A stretch of DNA of 62,600 bases, counting the filler, from Collodictyon triciliatum (lineage: Eukaryota): the NCBI GenBank assembly GCA_043381765.1. It is 4 parts of 4 records of this genome, joined end to end, with 100 filler letters (N's around TTAATTAATTAA, not from the genome) between each part and the next. Parts side by side here need not be neighbours in the genome. Positions count along the whole stretch, not along the records: positions 37,262 to 57,043 come from JBHJMP010000159.1; 3 more parts are not named here. One strand, written 5' to 3'. The translations under genes and the position numbers were made by a program. This document shows positions 39,401 through 53,849 of the stretch, one piece after another. How positions within the stretch are numbered: the stretch's first letter is position 1; every line of letters starts with the position of its first letter. Under the pieces are notes generated by a model that was not told the DNA's origin, ran no database searches, and worked only from the letters and a program-made list of their open reading frames with translations.

Positions 39401-42400
39401 TAGAACATAATAGAATAACCAATTCTCTTGATACAGAGACATGAGGTAATATTATGTACATATAGCACATGCATGGAGTTGGATGATGTCTCTGATGCAG
39501 AAGGCCTTCGAGATACAAGGAAAGCGATGTCTGTGATTGGTATTTCCGAGTCTGATATATCATCTACATTTAAGGTTTGGCCCTCTTTTATTCATTTTCT
39601 TTTGTATTTTTTAAAATGCGTTAAAAATGCACGTGAAAGGGAGTTATTATGTTGAATATAGTGATGATATATTTCAATATACAGATCATCGCTGGTATAT
39701 TACACCTGGGGCAGATTCGATTTATTACTAGGAGGAGACAAGAGGAGGCCGCCAGCGTAGAGAACTCAACTGATGTAAACAATATTTGCAGTTTTTTTTT
39801 AAAAAAAAAACATTATTGAACAAAAATGGCAAAATTCTATGTAATTGACCACGGATATCAAGGTTTGGGATTTACTATGCCAACACCGTATGATATAGCT
39901 TGAAACTGCCGCAAAGATTCTTCAAATAACACCAGAAAAGCTCAATGAGTGCTTGTGCTTCCGTCGCATCGTCGCGATGAACGAGACATATTCATCTCCA
40001 AATAACGTTCAACAAGTATCGTTCTTATTTGATATGTTAAACCAATCATTCATATGGCATTGTTCTATAGGTTTTAGCTCGCAATGTGAACTAATTGAAA
40101 ATAGGCAACATCTACCAGAGATGCTTTAGCGAAGTTTCTGTATGGTAGATTGTTTGATTGGCTAGTAGAAAGAATCAACCAGCAGACGCGACAAGAAAAA
40201 CTTGTTTGTTTAATGACATACGTCACTCGAATATTTCCATAGAGTATATTCGAATATAAATTATATTTTTTTTCACAGATAAATTATAATTCATAAAAAA
40301 AAAAATTCAGAAAAGGTCGTTCATCGGCATACTTGACATATTTGGCTTTGAGTGCTTTGAAAAGAACAGCTTTGAGCAACTATGTATGAAAAATTACATT
40401 CCAAATAAAATCCGTTATCTCGATTAACTCCAAAATCTAGGTATAAATTATGCAAACGAGAAACTTCAGCAGCAATATACTCAGGATATCTTCAAGGTAA
40501 GCAAACCACTGCTTCATAACTTTATAATGTCTTACCAAACCCTATGTATTTAAGACTGTGCAAGACGAATATGCTGCAGAGAAGATTCCGTGGAGCTTTG
40601 TAGACTTTGTCGACAACCAGGAGTGCCTAAACCTTCTTGAGAGCAAAGTATCGTCTTTTTCTTATTTTCTTTTTCTTTTTCTTTTTCATTTTCATTTTTC
40701 TTTTTCATTTTTCTTTTTCATTTTTCATTTTCATTTGAAGAAAAACTTCACTTTACTTTGGCCGAAGTCTAAATAATTCTCCTTTAATTATAGAGAAACA
40801 AGTTGAGCGAAGTTTCTTAATTTTTTTTTATTTATTTGTTATGCAGATGGGTTTAATTTCCCTTTTAAATGAGGAATGTATGATACCAAAAGGCTCAGGT
40901 ATTATCTGCATCAACCTTTCGCTCTTATGTACCCGACATAAATTATAGCTCTGTATACTGCATCGAATCACTGTGAAGCTGAATAGCGTGGCTTCGATAT
41001 GAAGAAATATCTAGAATTTTTGACATCTCACTAATCAAGAAGAAAAAACTTAGATACAGGGTTGCTTAATAAGCTTCAAACTATTGTGGGAGCCAATAAA
41101 TATTTCCAGAAGGAAAAGCTTGGAAATGAATCCTTCTCCATTCACCATTTTGCAGGTCGACGGTGTCTACTTTATCGAAAACAATTGTTTTTTTCCCTAT
41201 CATTTATATAATTCTTTTTGTTTTCTCTTGTTTTAATTACAAGAGCCTAAAAAAATATTATTGAAATTCTGCATTTTTAGGTAAGGTGACTTATTCAGTA
41301 GCAAGTTTTTTGGAAAAGAACAAGGATACCCTGGTTCCTGATATTGTTTGTTTTTTGTTTTTTGTTTTTTGTTTTTTGTTTTTTGTTTTTTGTTTTTTGT
41401 TTTTTGTTTTTTGTTTTTTGTTTTTTGTTTTTATTATTGTTCTATCGTTCACTCTGCAAATAATCTCATCAACAATTGCATCCGCCAAATACAGGCAACT
41501 TCATCTCCTAACAGCATGGAATAATTTTTGTCAAACCTGTAGGTGACTGCAATGTCTACAAGCACGGACCAGCTTATTAAATTACTCGCAACTACTGGAA
41601 AGGCTGTTGAAAGCGGTGGCAAAGGTTTTTCATTTTTAAATAAATAGATTAGGCATCGTCGAGAAATATCCCCTAAAGGCATCAGCCGCTCTCACTAACC
41701 ATTTTTTCCAGTTTATTCTGCTGTTAAAAGAATAGACCCTGTCTAGATACTTTCCGTATTACTATTATATTTATGTTTACTTATTCAAAAGATTAAAAAA
41801 AAAAAAACAATTTCAGCTGCCCGTGAATATTTTCTTGCGAGCCAGTTTAAGTCCCAACTCACGTCTTTAATGACCACGATACAAGCTACAAATGTTCATT
41901 ACATTAGATGTATTAAGCCAAATGTGCAAAACAAACCTGGAATATACCAAGTAATTATCGAAGCATCATATATCATCCCCTTGCTTCAACCTAATTCAAT
42001 AATAGAACTTTTTTTCATTTATACGATTCGAAAAATCACTTAATCTTTAATTCGAATTACTATTTGAATTCACAGAATATTCATGTTTCCAATCAACTCA
42101 AATATGCGGGAGTTTTAGAGGCTATACGTATAAGGTCTTTTAACTTTATATTATACATTTAATCCCAAAGTAGCATTTAAACGTTTGGTGTAACTGAATA
42201 TATGTGTTAAAATATAGTCGAGCTGCATTCCCAAATAGACTACACCACGACGAATTTTTTGAGAGATTTAAACTATTGTGTATGTCTATTTAATGTATCA
42301 TTTATGTGTTTGTTTGTTTGTTGTTTTCTGGCTTTCTTTATTATTGAATCTCGAATCTTATTCATCGTAGACTGCTTTTGTTTTTACTGTGTGTAGAATC

Positions 42401-43892
42401 TAGAATATAAAATCAACACTTGAATGTATCTTATTTGTTTGTGCTATATGAACACTACAGTATCGGGGCCCTTAGTTTCAAAGCGACCAACAAACTCAGA
42501 AAAACTTCGGTATTGCATTTTGTTTACACTTCTGTTTTGCACATATATATTAGAACACCACTGTTTTCATAGATATTTTTCAGAGCCAATTTTGTTCACA
42601 ATTAGTTTCTCTATATAGCATAATCCACAGTATTTTAAGCGTTCATTTCGAAGACCCAACTATGTATCAAGTTGGAATCACAAGGATATACTTTCGGTAC
42701 GGGAAACTTGAGGAATTGGAAAAGGTTTAGTCCTCTCACGAAAATGAGCTTCAAATGAACTAATAGATTATAAAAAAATTTTGAATTAATTTTAAGGAGT
42801 ATGTTGTTATTTTTCTTTTTCGGTATAGATGCGAGCTGCCAAATTATCGGTTGTGATTATAAAACTTCAAAAGACTATCAGAATGTGGATAAAGGTCTGG
42901 ATATTGTCGGTTTCTTCTCTTCTCTTCTCTTCTCTTCTCTTCTCTTCTCTTCTCTTCTCTTCTCTTCTCTTCTCTTCTCTTCTCTTCTCTTCTCTTCTCT
43001 TCTCTTCTCTTCTCTTCTCTTTTTTCATTTCATTTTATACAGTTCCTCTTGTTTGTAAGCCCCAAACTTATGCATCTATGAGACTGTTGATTGGCTTTGA
43101 TTATCTAGGCAGTGAAATATAGGCGACTTAGAAAAGCAGTTATCAAATCACAGGTTTTATATAATAACTTTGCCTACACCAGACCGTTCTTTTATCCTTT
43201 TTTTTAAAAAAAATTGTTTTCATAATTACTTGTGTTTTGCTTTTAAATATTCTAACAGGCTCAAATCCGAATGCACATACACATGAAGAAGTACAAGAAA
43301 ATACGGCAATCAATTATATTAATCCAAGTAAGTCCCTGATATGCCTCTTGTAATATCTGGTGCTGTCTTTGCATCATACCCTGTCTATTTCTTTAAGAAC
43401 TGTTGCTAAATGGAAATGGGGGAAATTGTAGTCTTTGGCTCGCATGTTCAGGGCTTCAAAAATTGTAAACAAATTGAGACAACGGCGTGCTGCTATGATA
43501 ATACAGGTTTTTACTTTCAGTTGCATTCATCATATTAAATGTAGGATTTAACCAGGATGGGAAACAATCGATGATATTTTGAATGTATCCACAATGCCTC
43601 ATTGAAATATACCTCAGAGAATAGAAAACAAGAATTAGAAAAAAAGTCTAATATTTGCTTCCCTTATGTCCAATAGAAAATTTTTCGTGGCTTCATCAAA
43701 AGGCGTCAATACAAAACCATTCGTAAAGCGTTTGTTCGACTCCAAGCGCTTGTGCGAATGAAAAGGGCTAGAAAGAAGTTCCTTGTCCAACTACAAGAGG
43801 TTACCTCATCCTTCTGCTCTGATTTTTGGTTTTTTTTTGGTTTTTTTGGTTTTTTTTGGTTTTTTTTTGGTTTTTTTTTTGTTTTTTTTTTT

Positions 43893-43971
<79 letters not shown>

Positions 43972-46413
43972 NTTCTTTTCTTTTCTTTTCTTTTCTTTTC
44001 TTTTCTTTTCTTTTCTTTTCTTTTCTTTTCTTTTCTTTTCTTTTTTATACTGCCAACAACCTATAAAGATCGTTCAGCTTTTCACCTTCCATGATAATCT
44101 CCAATATAATAATAGGCACGTGAAGCTGCCAAACTTGAAAATCAGTTATCCTTGCTACAAAAAAGGCTCCAACAGGAGATGAAGGATGTTTGTTTTTTAT
44201 GATTGTTAATTTTTTTTTTAATACTCTTTCATTTACGGCCGAGAATTCCTCTTGAAAATACTCAACAAGATCTAATAGAGAACTGACTTGGAGCGCGAAA
44301 AGCAAATACTTGAAGCTCAGTTGAAGGAGGTAGGTTTGGATATCAGGGAAAATATTTTGCCATCAGATGGACCATCTTTCTTTACTCATAAATTTTACTG
44401 ACCAGTCCGCTTTGTGATAAAGGATGAATCTGCAGAGCTTGAAATGGTGGAAACGTATGAAGAGGAAGTAGTCCATGATGTTCCTATGACACCAAGGTCA
44501 CAAGCCGCTCGCCCACCTCCAAAGATTATCAAAAAGATTGTCTACAAACCCCGCGAAAAGCCTAAGGTTGCTGCCAAGCCTGTTGTCTATCCACCGAAGG
44601 CTGATACAAATTCGGGTATAAAATGGGAACTATTTGTGTAAATATATATCGATTGAATATTTTTTCCTTTATTCGATTTATCTTTCGATTTAAGATAAGG
44701 ATTTTTGAAAGGATTTTGTACAATTCACCCTTGGTAAAGATATACACGAATAATTGGCCATGCTTTTAATCTAAGCTTTCATTTATCATATTTATAGATG
44801 TCCTAAATGATACAAAAGATATGATTGACCTTCTTCAAAGCGAGGTTTGTTTTAATTAGAAATCTTAGAAAGAAGCACCAGTGCAAAACTTAGGTCATAT
44901 ATTTAGCTTTTAATTGGTATTTTAATTTTGGCCCCCTTAACTTATATATTGGCGGTATTATTTATGTATTGATTGATTTTTATTTATTTATTTATTGTTT
45001 GTTTGTTTGTTTGTTTATTAATTTAATTATTAATTTAATTATTAATTTAATTATTAATTTATTAGATTGAGCGAGTCACAAATAGATTAGCCCAAGAGGC
45101 ATCTGCTGTTAGAATGCTCCAAGAAAACAACAAGAAGCTTGAGAACCAGAGCAACTCGCAAGAACTCAAAGTCCAAGCAGACAATGTGAATAAACGACCT
45201 TTGGAACACAGATATCAAGTTTTAGTCGATGAACGCAATGAGGTAAAATAATATAATAACAGCACGATTCATACATTATCTTAATCAAATGTTGTCATTA
45301 ATGGGAACTAACCTATCCAAAAATCCAGCGGGACAGAAGATTACGACATTTGCTGTCAGATTTGCAACAAGTTAAAACCAAGTACCGAAATGAGGTTGGG
45401 GAATATGATAGAGTTAAAAAAGAAATGGCCGATGTTCAGAAGGTAGTCTAATGGTTTTATTTTTTGTTTTTATGAAAATGGAGCGATATTGGGGTCATAT
45501 TGCAATATCTATAATTGTAAGTAAAATGATACCCAAATATCATTATTACAAAGGACATGAAATCAGCCAAAAGGGAACAAAGCAAAATTCAAGCCCAAAA
45601 GAAAAGATTGGACGAGGAAAAAGAAGAAAGTGCTTTTTTTAAAAAAAAAAAAAACAATTTTATTATAAGCTTATCTATATTCAAAATCATAAGTATGAAA
45701 CATGTCAATCTCTCATGCTAAAAGGAAATTCATGCTCCCTTAATTTAACTCCAGATGATTTTGTTAGTGCGAACAATTTTAAATGAATCGTTAACATTAG
45801 TTCTTACAGTCACTAATTTTGCGGTACTTTACTAGTGAAAAGGATGATGAAGTTTGAATCAGCAAAAACATCCAAGCTTAAAGAAAAATTACAGAAAGTC
45901 CTCACAGAGGTAAGGAAGTTATCATATATGGCACGATATAATGGTTTCATGATTCAACCCAATGAAATATAATGCTACAGAATCGCGAGTTGATTCGATT
46001 TAGTTGGCAAGAAGTCCAAGAACATGAAAACCACGAAGGTGAGTAAATCTGATTTTTAAGAGCTTTTTTTTTTTTAATAAATCCCACTGACCAACTAAAA
46101 AAATATGAGCTTTGTTAAAGACTAGTGGAATTAATTCATGTCCATGAAATCATAAGTAGACAACTTTTTTATTCTCCGCTCATTTTTTTTTGTTACTTTT
46201 TCTCGTGGTCTTCTTTTTTTGTGTAAGGAAAATATGCGTACAACATTGATGAATTTGCTTTGCAGGCAGTCAGCCCTCGAGACATGGTTCTATTAATCGG
46301 GTAACATTTCGTTCACACAACACGGAAGCCATATTGCGTATTATTGATTATTTATTTATTCGCTGGTAATAATTTCACTTTTCTCTCTTTTGTCCCCCAG
46401 CATCGGTCTTTGA
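36858..46413 (+). CDS. Myosin heavy chain (class V/XI-like head, about 5 IQ motifs, coiled-coil tail), many short exons
   Basis: [40 protein letters not shown] (P-loop), [76 protein letters not shown] and IQ motifs. The first exon lies across a linker gap, so the start is uncertain. Confidence 0.93.
37162..37261. other. Assembly gap with artificial TTAATTAATTAA linker, flanked by (TTA)n and 12-mer repeats
   Basis: Linker at 37206-37217. Confidence 0.95.
39304..39400. repeat. (ATT)n intronic microsatellite
   Basis: Tandem trimer array. Confidence 0.9.
42912..43020. repeat. (TTCTC)n intronic microsatellite
   Basis: Tandem pentamer array. Confidence 0.9.
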
Positions 46414-47871
46414 AAGTGCTCGGTTTCGAATTTAACTATTCGCGCTCATAAACCAACCGACATGTCAAAACAACCGAAGGGAACGAAGGAATCACCTTGG
46501 GAAAAGGAAGCAATCGAATAAATAAAAAGGCATATTGATGTGATGACTTTCAAATTTTCAGTTATATATTTTCATTTGTTCTAATAATTTTTTTTTCTAA
46601 AAGAATATGTTGTTGAATTTCAATCGTCATTATGATGGGGGTTTATACTTTTTCATCTTCTAAATGAATATCTCCAATATTGACTGCATCTTTATCGCGT
46701 GTGTTGAAGAATCTTTCAGTCAGTGATTATCTATTTTTTGTATCTGGTTTTGGCCTCTTTGGCTTTGGGTTGCGAGCGGACGATGGATACCTCTTAAACC
46801 AATCTCTTCCAGAATAAGTAAAGCACACAAACTAGATTTTTATACTAGTTTGGAATTATATAATTTTGGAAAATATAATTATTATCATTTTATGCTGCAT
46901 ATTGACACATTTTAGTCATCGATGCTATTTTAGTATAGATAATTTATGAATTAGTATGAGAACATCAAAAGACTAATCATTCACGTCTTTCAACTGCTAT
47001 TGCGTGGCAGCCTATCAAAAAAAAATGCACAAAACAAAATAAACTTCCCGTTAAGGTTTGCTCCAAAACAAAAGGCCGAAAGAGACTATCGACAAATGTG
47101 GATTTTCCAACCCGAATGGAATCGAATGGCTTTCCATTCAAGCGATTGAAGTTCTCTCTTCCGCATCCATATAGATTTCACTGAAAAATTCTCTAAATTG
47201 TGACTGCTTGATCCTGCTTGTGATTCGCACCAGAAATCAACAAGAGAAAAGAAAACGAAGTGGCAATTGGAGCGGGAGAAAGAGACAAGCGAGAGAGAGA
47301 GAGAGAGAGAGAGAAGGACGAGCGCAAACGCCAGAAGGACAAGAAGGCTGCCCCGTAAGAATCGCGCTTCGAGGCCAGCAGCAAGGCCGATCTTTGAATC
47401 AAGTCTATTCCTGAAGCAATGGGGCGGTGAAGCAAACGCAAGAGCCAAAGTAATAAAGGTAAAGTAAAGAGAAGGATGGAGGGAAAAACAGTTGGGCTGA
47501 GACCTGAAAAGCGAAGCCATGGAGCTGACAAAGCACAGAGGGAAAAGAGCAGACAAACAAAGCGTTCTTTTATCACTATGAAGGGCATCGGATTTCTGCA
47601 CAATAGATCCTTGTTCTCTCTTGGCACACGACTGCCTCTTGAATAACCAGACTAGCTTGCTCTGCCACCGCCAAGTTTTCCTTCCTTCTTCCTCTTTTCC
47701 CCCTTTTTTCCCCTCTTTTTTCCTCTTTTTTCCCCCCTCTTTTTCTTCATTTACTCCTTTTTTTTTTCTCCCTATTCTTTCTGTAAGAGATTCACAGAAA
47801 ACAAAGCAGCAGCTCAAAGTCGATGCTCTCTATTCTAAGTAGGTGCATAAAAACAGCTCCGGAACACGAAA

Positions 47872-50800
47872 ATGTCTGTGCAAGGACTCGGCCGATCGAT
47901 GAAGAGGATGAGCATCTTCCAAATGCCCGAAGGCACCCATGATGCTCAGGAACTTGGGCGCTGTATGTTATGTTACTCGATGGCTCTCGAATGAACATAA
48001 TAAATACAATAACAATACTTTCATAGCAACGAAGCAAAAGCTGAATGAATTACGTTCAACTTTGCCTTTTCTTTTCTTTTCTTTTTAATTTCCTCTTCAT
48101 TTTAATTCCTCTCTGTATGTCTTGTACTGCTGTTAATTATTGTTATTCATAATCATTTATATGGTAAAAGTCCATCAACAGTTTCAAATAAGCCCAGTTT
48201 ACTTTACCTGCTTTTGCTTAAAAAAACCATCTCACTCAACTGACAGTTATTACACGAGAAGAGCAGGTTCTCTACTCGAGAGGAATCATTTTCTTATTTT
48301 TATACTTTAATAACTCGCAGCTCAACTCAAGCTTCAAGAGCTGAAAAAGAATATCTCTGTGGAAAGTCGCAAGAATTATGCACTCGAGCGACAGATTCGG
48401 ATTCTGGACCAAAAGATTGCGCTCTTGGTGAAGAACCGGATTTCCCTTGAAGAAGCTGAGGCAGCTGCAACTGAGTTGGCTGGACCTACCGGCGAAGTTG
48501 CCCGCCTGAGCTCAGATCGACAGAAATCTGTAAGCATCAGATTGAATAGTGAAAACAATCATTCGAAGAAAAACCATCTTGCGACTGAACAACAACAATA
48601 TTAGTAAAATAATAATGATAATAATAAATAATAATACATAATAATAATAATACATAATAATAATACATAATAATAATAATACATAATAATAATAATACAT
48701 AATAATAATAATACATAATAATAATAATACATAATAATAATAATACATAATANNNNNNNNNNNNNNNNNNNNNNNNNNNNNNNNNNNNNNNNNNNNNNNN
48801 NNNNNNNNNNNNNNNNNNNNNNNNNNNNNNNNNNNNNNNNNNNNNNNNNNNNCATAATAATACATAATAATACATAATAATACATAATAATACATAATAA
48901 TACATAATAATACATAATAATACATAATAATACATAATAATACATAATAATTATAACAGTAATCACAATACGCTCATTAGTTATATGGCTCCCTTTATGT
49001 TGTGTTTTGCTCCTAATATTGCTCAGAAATCACATGAATAACACAATGACTATTTCTTCTGTATAGCACTATGAGAGTCTCTTCTTCCTACTTCAAAATG
49101 AGCCGCAATACATGGCGGGTCTCACCTCTTTCATCAAGACAAACGAGATTGACTCAATCCTTCAGATTGTGATGTTCACGTTGTATGGAAATCAGTACGA
49201 TGCCAGAGAAGAGCATTTGCTTCTGCAGATGTTCCAGGTTTTTGCCTTCTCGTTTAATTCTCCCTTCAAGATTTTATTCAATCAAAAGTGTCAAAGTTAT
49301 TCGAAAAAAAAGTAGTTCATTATGCTGAATGCATAGAGAGTACTTCGCACTGAGGTTGACAATGCCACAAGTATGGGATCTCTGCTTCGTGCGAATACTG
49401 CAATTACAAGAATGATGACAACTTACACTCGGTCAGAATCATAGATTTTCATATCTTCTATCTAGACATTAGAAAATTATCGTTAACTTACTCAAGCAAG
49501 GGGTTATCATTTCTATTTTACACACTATCTAGCAGCACTAATGATGTAAACCTACTACTTATTTTATTTAGCCGTGGGCCAGGACAATCCTATTTAAAGT
49601 CCACTATCTCTGGAATCCTCAACTGGCTGATAAAGTCTGATATCAACCTTGAAATTAATCCGATGAAGGTAAAGTCTTTGTTCATTTGCAAAACATCCAT
49701 TTAATCAATTATTCTCTTGAATAGATAATTACTCTGAAAATAGCACACAATCACTGCATATTAAAGTAGACGTGGGAATACTCATACATTCACCACAATA
49801 CCAAGGTTTACGAAGCTATGATTAACGACGAGGAAGCACAGACGGGACAACCATCAAGCCTGCCTCGCAATGTAACCGCCGAGGTTGCAGCAGAAAATGC
49901 CAAGGTCAAGAGCATTATCGAATCACGTAAGCAACTAACTTGTCGAAGTGTCATATATATTGACAATACAAGAGATAAGTCAATTCACTTTTTTTAAATT
50001 TCATACGAACTCCCCATTTCAAAAAGGATATTACTGCATAGGATCTCAATTACAAATACTAATCCAAATAATAGCGTTCTAAAGTTATGTTTTTTCATTT
50101 AATAAAATTCGGTTCATTTTAATATGAATAAAATTTATATCCTTTATATCTAGGCGCACCAGTTCTTCAGGAAACCGCTGAGAAATTTTTAGAGGTCATT
50201 CTGAAATCACTTCCCGAAGTCCCGTATGGAATTCGATACATTTGCAAGCAAATCTACATATTGACAAAGGTACCTCTTTTGATCTGATGACTACTCGGTA
50301 TATATTTTTATGTCGTAGCGCTATGCAATCTTAAAAAATCGTAAAGGAGCCTCCGTACGGTTATGATTTTATCAAAAATTGCATTAACTTCACGAATATA
50401 TATTCTAGACAAAGTTTCCTCAAGCAACCCGCCAGGAGCTGACCTCGCTGGCTGGTGGATTCCTTTTGCTTCGTTTTATCAACCCTGCCATTGTGACCCC
50501 GCAAGCGTACATGCTTGTAGATGCAAAGCCAGGAACAAATGCCAGAAAGAATCTGACATACGTACGAAATACACCCTGATGGGCATGATATTTCCATGAT
50601 TAGTTTGTCTTTTTTCTTTTCTTACGTGATTGATGGATTTTCACTTTCATGATACATTTTACTAAAACTTCAGCTCGCTAAAATGTTGCAAAACCTGTCG
50701 AACGGAGCAAACTTCGGAGAGAAGGAATCTTACAGTAATTTCACATTCAACGATATAGTCCAGTCGATTAATGCGCACTGTGCAATACGCAACAATACAA

Positions 50801-53703
50801 CATTTGCTATCGCCTTCTCAAATGTAACAAATCAATCATCCCAATACATCAGTGGAGCACGTGAATGGCTTCATCGTGAATAATCGCGAGCGACTAGCGG
50901 AGTTTTTCGACCGATTAATTAGCGTGGAAGACCCCGAAAAAGCCTTGGAGGTATGCTTCATCTGACATGATTGGGAATCTATTCACACAATCAAGATCTT
51001 TATATGTCAGATAAAACCGCCAGCTTAGGGCCAGAATATACCACATTTTTATCAAGGGACACATTTTGTCTGACAATTACCACAATTTCTCAGATGGACG
51101 AAATCATGGGTCTTACAAAAACCGATCTGCAGCTTAACATATCAATAAATGATATATACATAGTCCACTCGCTATTGCACCAGCACATGCAGACACTGGT
51201 AATTTAATAACATGTGAATGAGAAATTAGATTATTATGTCCTTTCTTTCAACAGGGAGGACTTGTTTTTTTTAACTAAAACAATTATCATTTCAAGCGGA
51301 AACATTATGATCATACCACAATCAGGTATGCATTTTTTTATGTACTTTTATTAATACTTGAAAAATTATGCGCAGTGCCCTGATCCAGCCAACCCCCTCA
51401 GGAGAATTCTGAGTGACCTCGGGTCAGTACTCTAACACTCAGCTCTTAATTTTTAGAAATAGCTAAATCACAACACCCTAATATATACATATTGAAAAGG
51501 ATAATTATTGTATGAAAATAAAAATAAAGATTAAAGTAAAGTAAAAAATAGACCCGAAACTGATACACAAGTCAAATCACCGCTCATACCATACATCGTG
51601 TGTTTCTTCATCCTTAAACAGGACTGATATTCCGGAGCAAGTTCCTCGAGCCCAGAACGGCACTGTCAATTTGCACTTATACGATCGCTTTGGAACCCAC
51701 AAATCCGATGGTACTCTTCTTTTTTTTTTCATTTTAAATTTGTCATGTTTACTTGACCTTGAATAATATATCATTCATATGTATGTTTCATGTAGCAATC
51801 ATATAATCATTAAGCTACAGGATTCAGTCCGCCAAAATATCCCTTTGGAATATCAAACCCCAATATGTTAAATTATGCCATATTTTTATTCAATCTCATC
51901 AACCATCTCGTTTATCTTGCTTTTTTTTTTCCGAATAAAAAGGGGAGCCTGTCTCAAAGCATGCCAACGAGCAGATCTACATAGAGACAAAGTGCTTCCT
52001 TATTAGTGTCTTCCAACAATTCCCTGATTTACCCATGTCGGCCGAGTCCCAGGAATTAGGAGGCCTCCTTGCATCTCAGCTACAGTCTGTGAATATCATT
52101 TTTTTCACAAACAATACCAATTATACATGACAAAAGCACTCTACATACATACAGAGCATGTTTTTCTTGAAAATATCAGATATTCGTCCGTCTATGGCCT
52201 GGACGCAGTAATTTTTAAATCATGATATTTACACATTTGCTATAGAGCACCAAGAATCGCGAGCAAACCGCGCGTAGCTGAACAAATACGCAAAATCCTC
52301 TCTGTCTTACCGAAACTGATACAGGATTTCCCGTCCGAATGCGCAGATAACTTCCTTAGACTGAGAGAAGAGGCTGAAGAAGTGAGAGCTTTAAAGAACT
52401 CTTTTTCCTTTTTTTTTTCTTTTTCGCCTTGCCATACTGTTAAGCGTTGCATACACGTTAAAAACCAATTTTTGTATTTGAAACTCTCCATTTTAACAAA
52501 TTAATGTTAAGATGGATATTGCATTGTTATTCGTGCAGGAAATGTGTAACTTCGCCGGATACCATAGTAAAATACAGAAGGAGTTGCCCAGCCTTGAATC
52601 GGTAAGGATGCTTTTATTTTTACACAGTATTTCAGTTAGTCATTATCTTTATCACTATTCCATGTTAATTGCGGTAATTTATTTGTTGTGTGTCAAAGAC
52701 TCAGTCGATCCCTTTGAATCGCGTAGGTGTACCAGACAATCAAGTCACACAACCAGTATCTTCAGGACCAGCTGTCAACATATCAGATGTATCTTGTGAA
52801 TGTCCGTGAGAAGGCATACAACCCCAAGTAAGTATATTATCCATATAATAACATATTAATCCATAAAAACACATAGTAAAGGAGTTTTTGTCATCACATG
52901 CTTTATATTCTGTTTTTGCAAGGATTGAAGCCTCATTGTCCTTTCTTTCCAACTTGCGCAAGACGTATTGTCTATTTTAAACACCTTTTTTTTTCCGACA
53001 ATATCATAAACAATTTTCTTCAGGGATTCAAAGTCGAAGCAAAAAGCTCATGCGGTGAAGGAATTCAAATTCACGCACACCCAGCTTGAAAAAGATGGAG
53101 TTGTCATCGATAGTGATGTACCAGAGAATAAGTATGCATATTTAACCACAAGTCGTTATCTTTGAATCGAATAAAGGAAAAAAAAACTACAAGTCGTTAT
53201 TTTATTAAAAAGAACACGCAGATAACTGAGGAAAGTTTTCCTAACCAAGTGCTCACATCTGCCTCTAGGAAGAGCAATGTATACTTTTTGATTTCCTCGT
53301 CCTCTCCCGGCGTATTTAACGTACAAGTGCACTACAGAGGTGTGATGAAGCCCATTCACGAGACTCAGTTGACTCTAGACGACCTTCTCGAGTGCCAGCA
53401 CAATAATGAGTTGGAGGTATACAAACCCACACACATTCTCTTCTCAATAGTCTGTCTTACGCTTTTTACCGTTTCCGCTCTCGAGTATGCAACATATGCC
53501 GGTTCCTTTTTTTCGTTATTTTTTTTTTATCACCGCCACAAAGAATGTTGCCAAATGGGCGAATGCTTTTGTTCAACCTTCAACAATTGGTATGCAAGGC
53601 TTCGTATTGAACAATGCCTCTCCCTCTCTAGATCGACATGGAGCATGTTCGCCTGAGTACAAACCTTCTTATCCACCTGCTCAAGAAATCCTTCGCTCGC
53701 TAA
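47872..53703 (+). CDS. RasGAP of the Gap1/IqgC (IQGAP-related) type with RasGAP and RasGAP_C regions
   Basis: LERQIRILDQKIALLVKNRI, FTLYGNQYDAREEHLLLQMF, SLLRANT (arginine finger), LEINPMKVY, VPYGIRYICK, FLLRFINPAIVTPQ, LAKMLQNLSN, FGEKE and C-terminal FTHTQLEKDGV...LDDLLECQ. TAA at 53701-53703. Confidence 0.9.
48605..48950. repeat. (AAT)n/(CATAATAATA)n intronic repeat spanning a gap
   Basis: Directly visible. Confidence 0.85.
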
Positions 53704-53849
53704 TTCCATTAACCCTTAATGCTGCTTTTTTTTTCCACGCGCATATTTTACTCCTTAATTCAAGACTATTTCCATCTCTTCTCCAATCTTAATTCGTCAA
53801 CTGTTAAACAAACAGACTATTTCTTGAGTCTTCACCACATTTCTGCACC

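Noticed and set aside
47086-47817. 243-aa and 144-aa minus-strand ORFs
   Set aside because: Low-complexity sequence with no motifs. It looks like the promoter or 5' UTR of the RasGAP gene.
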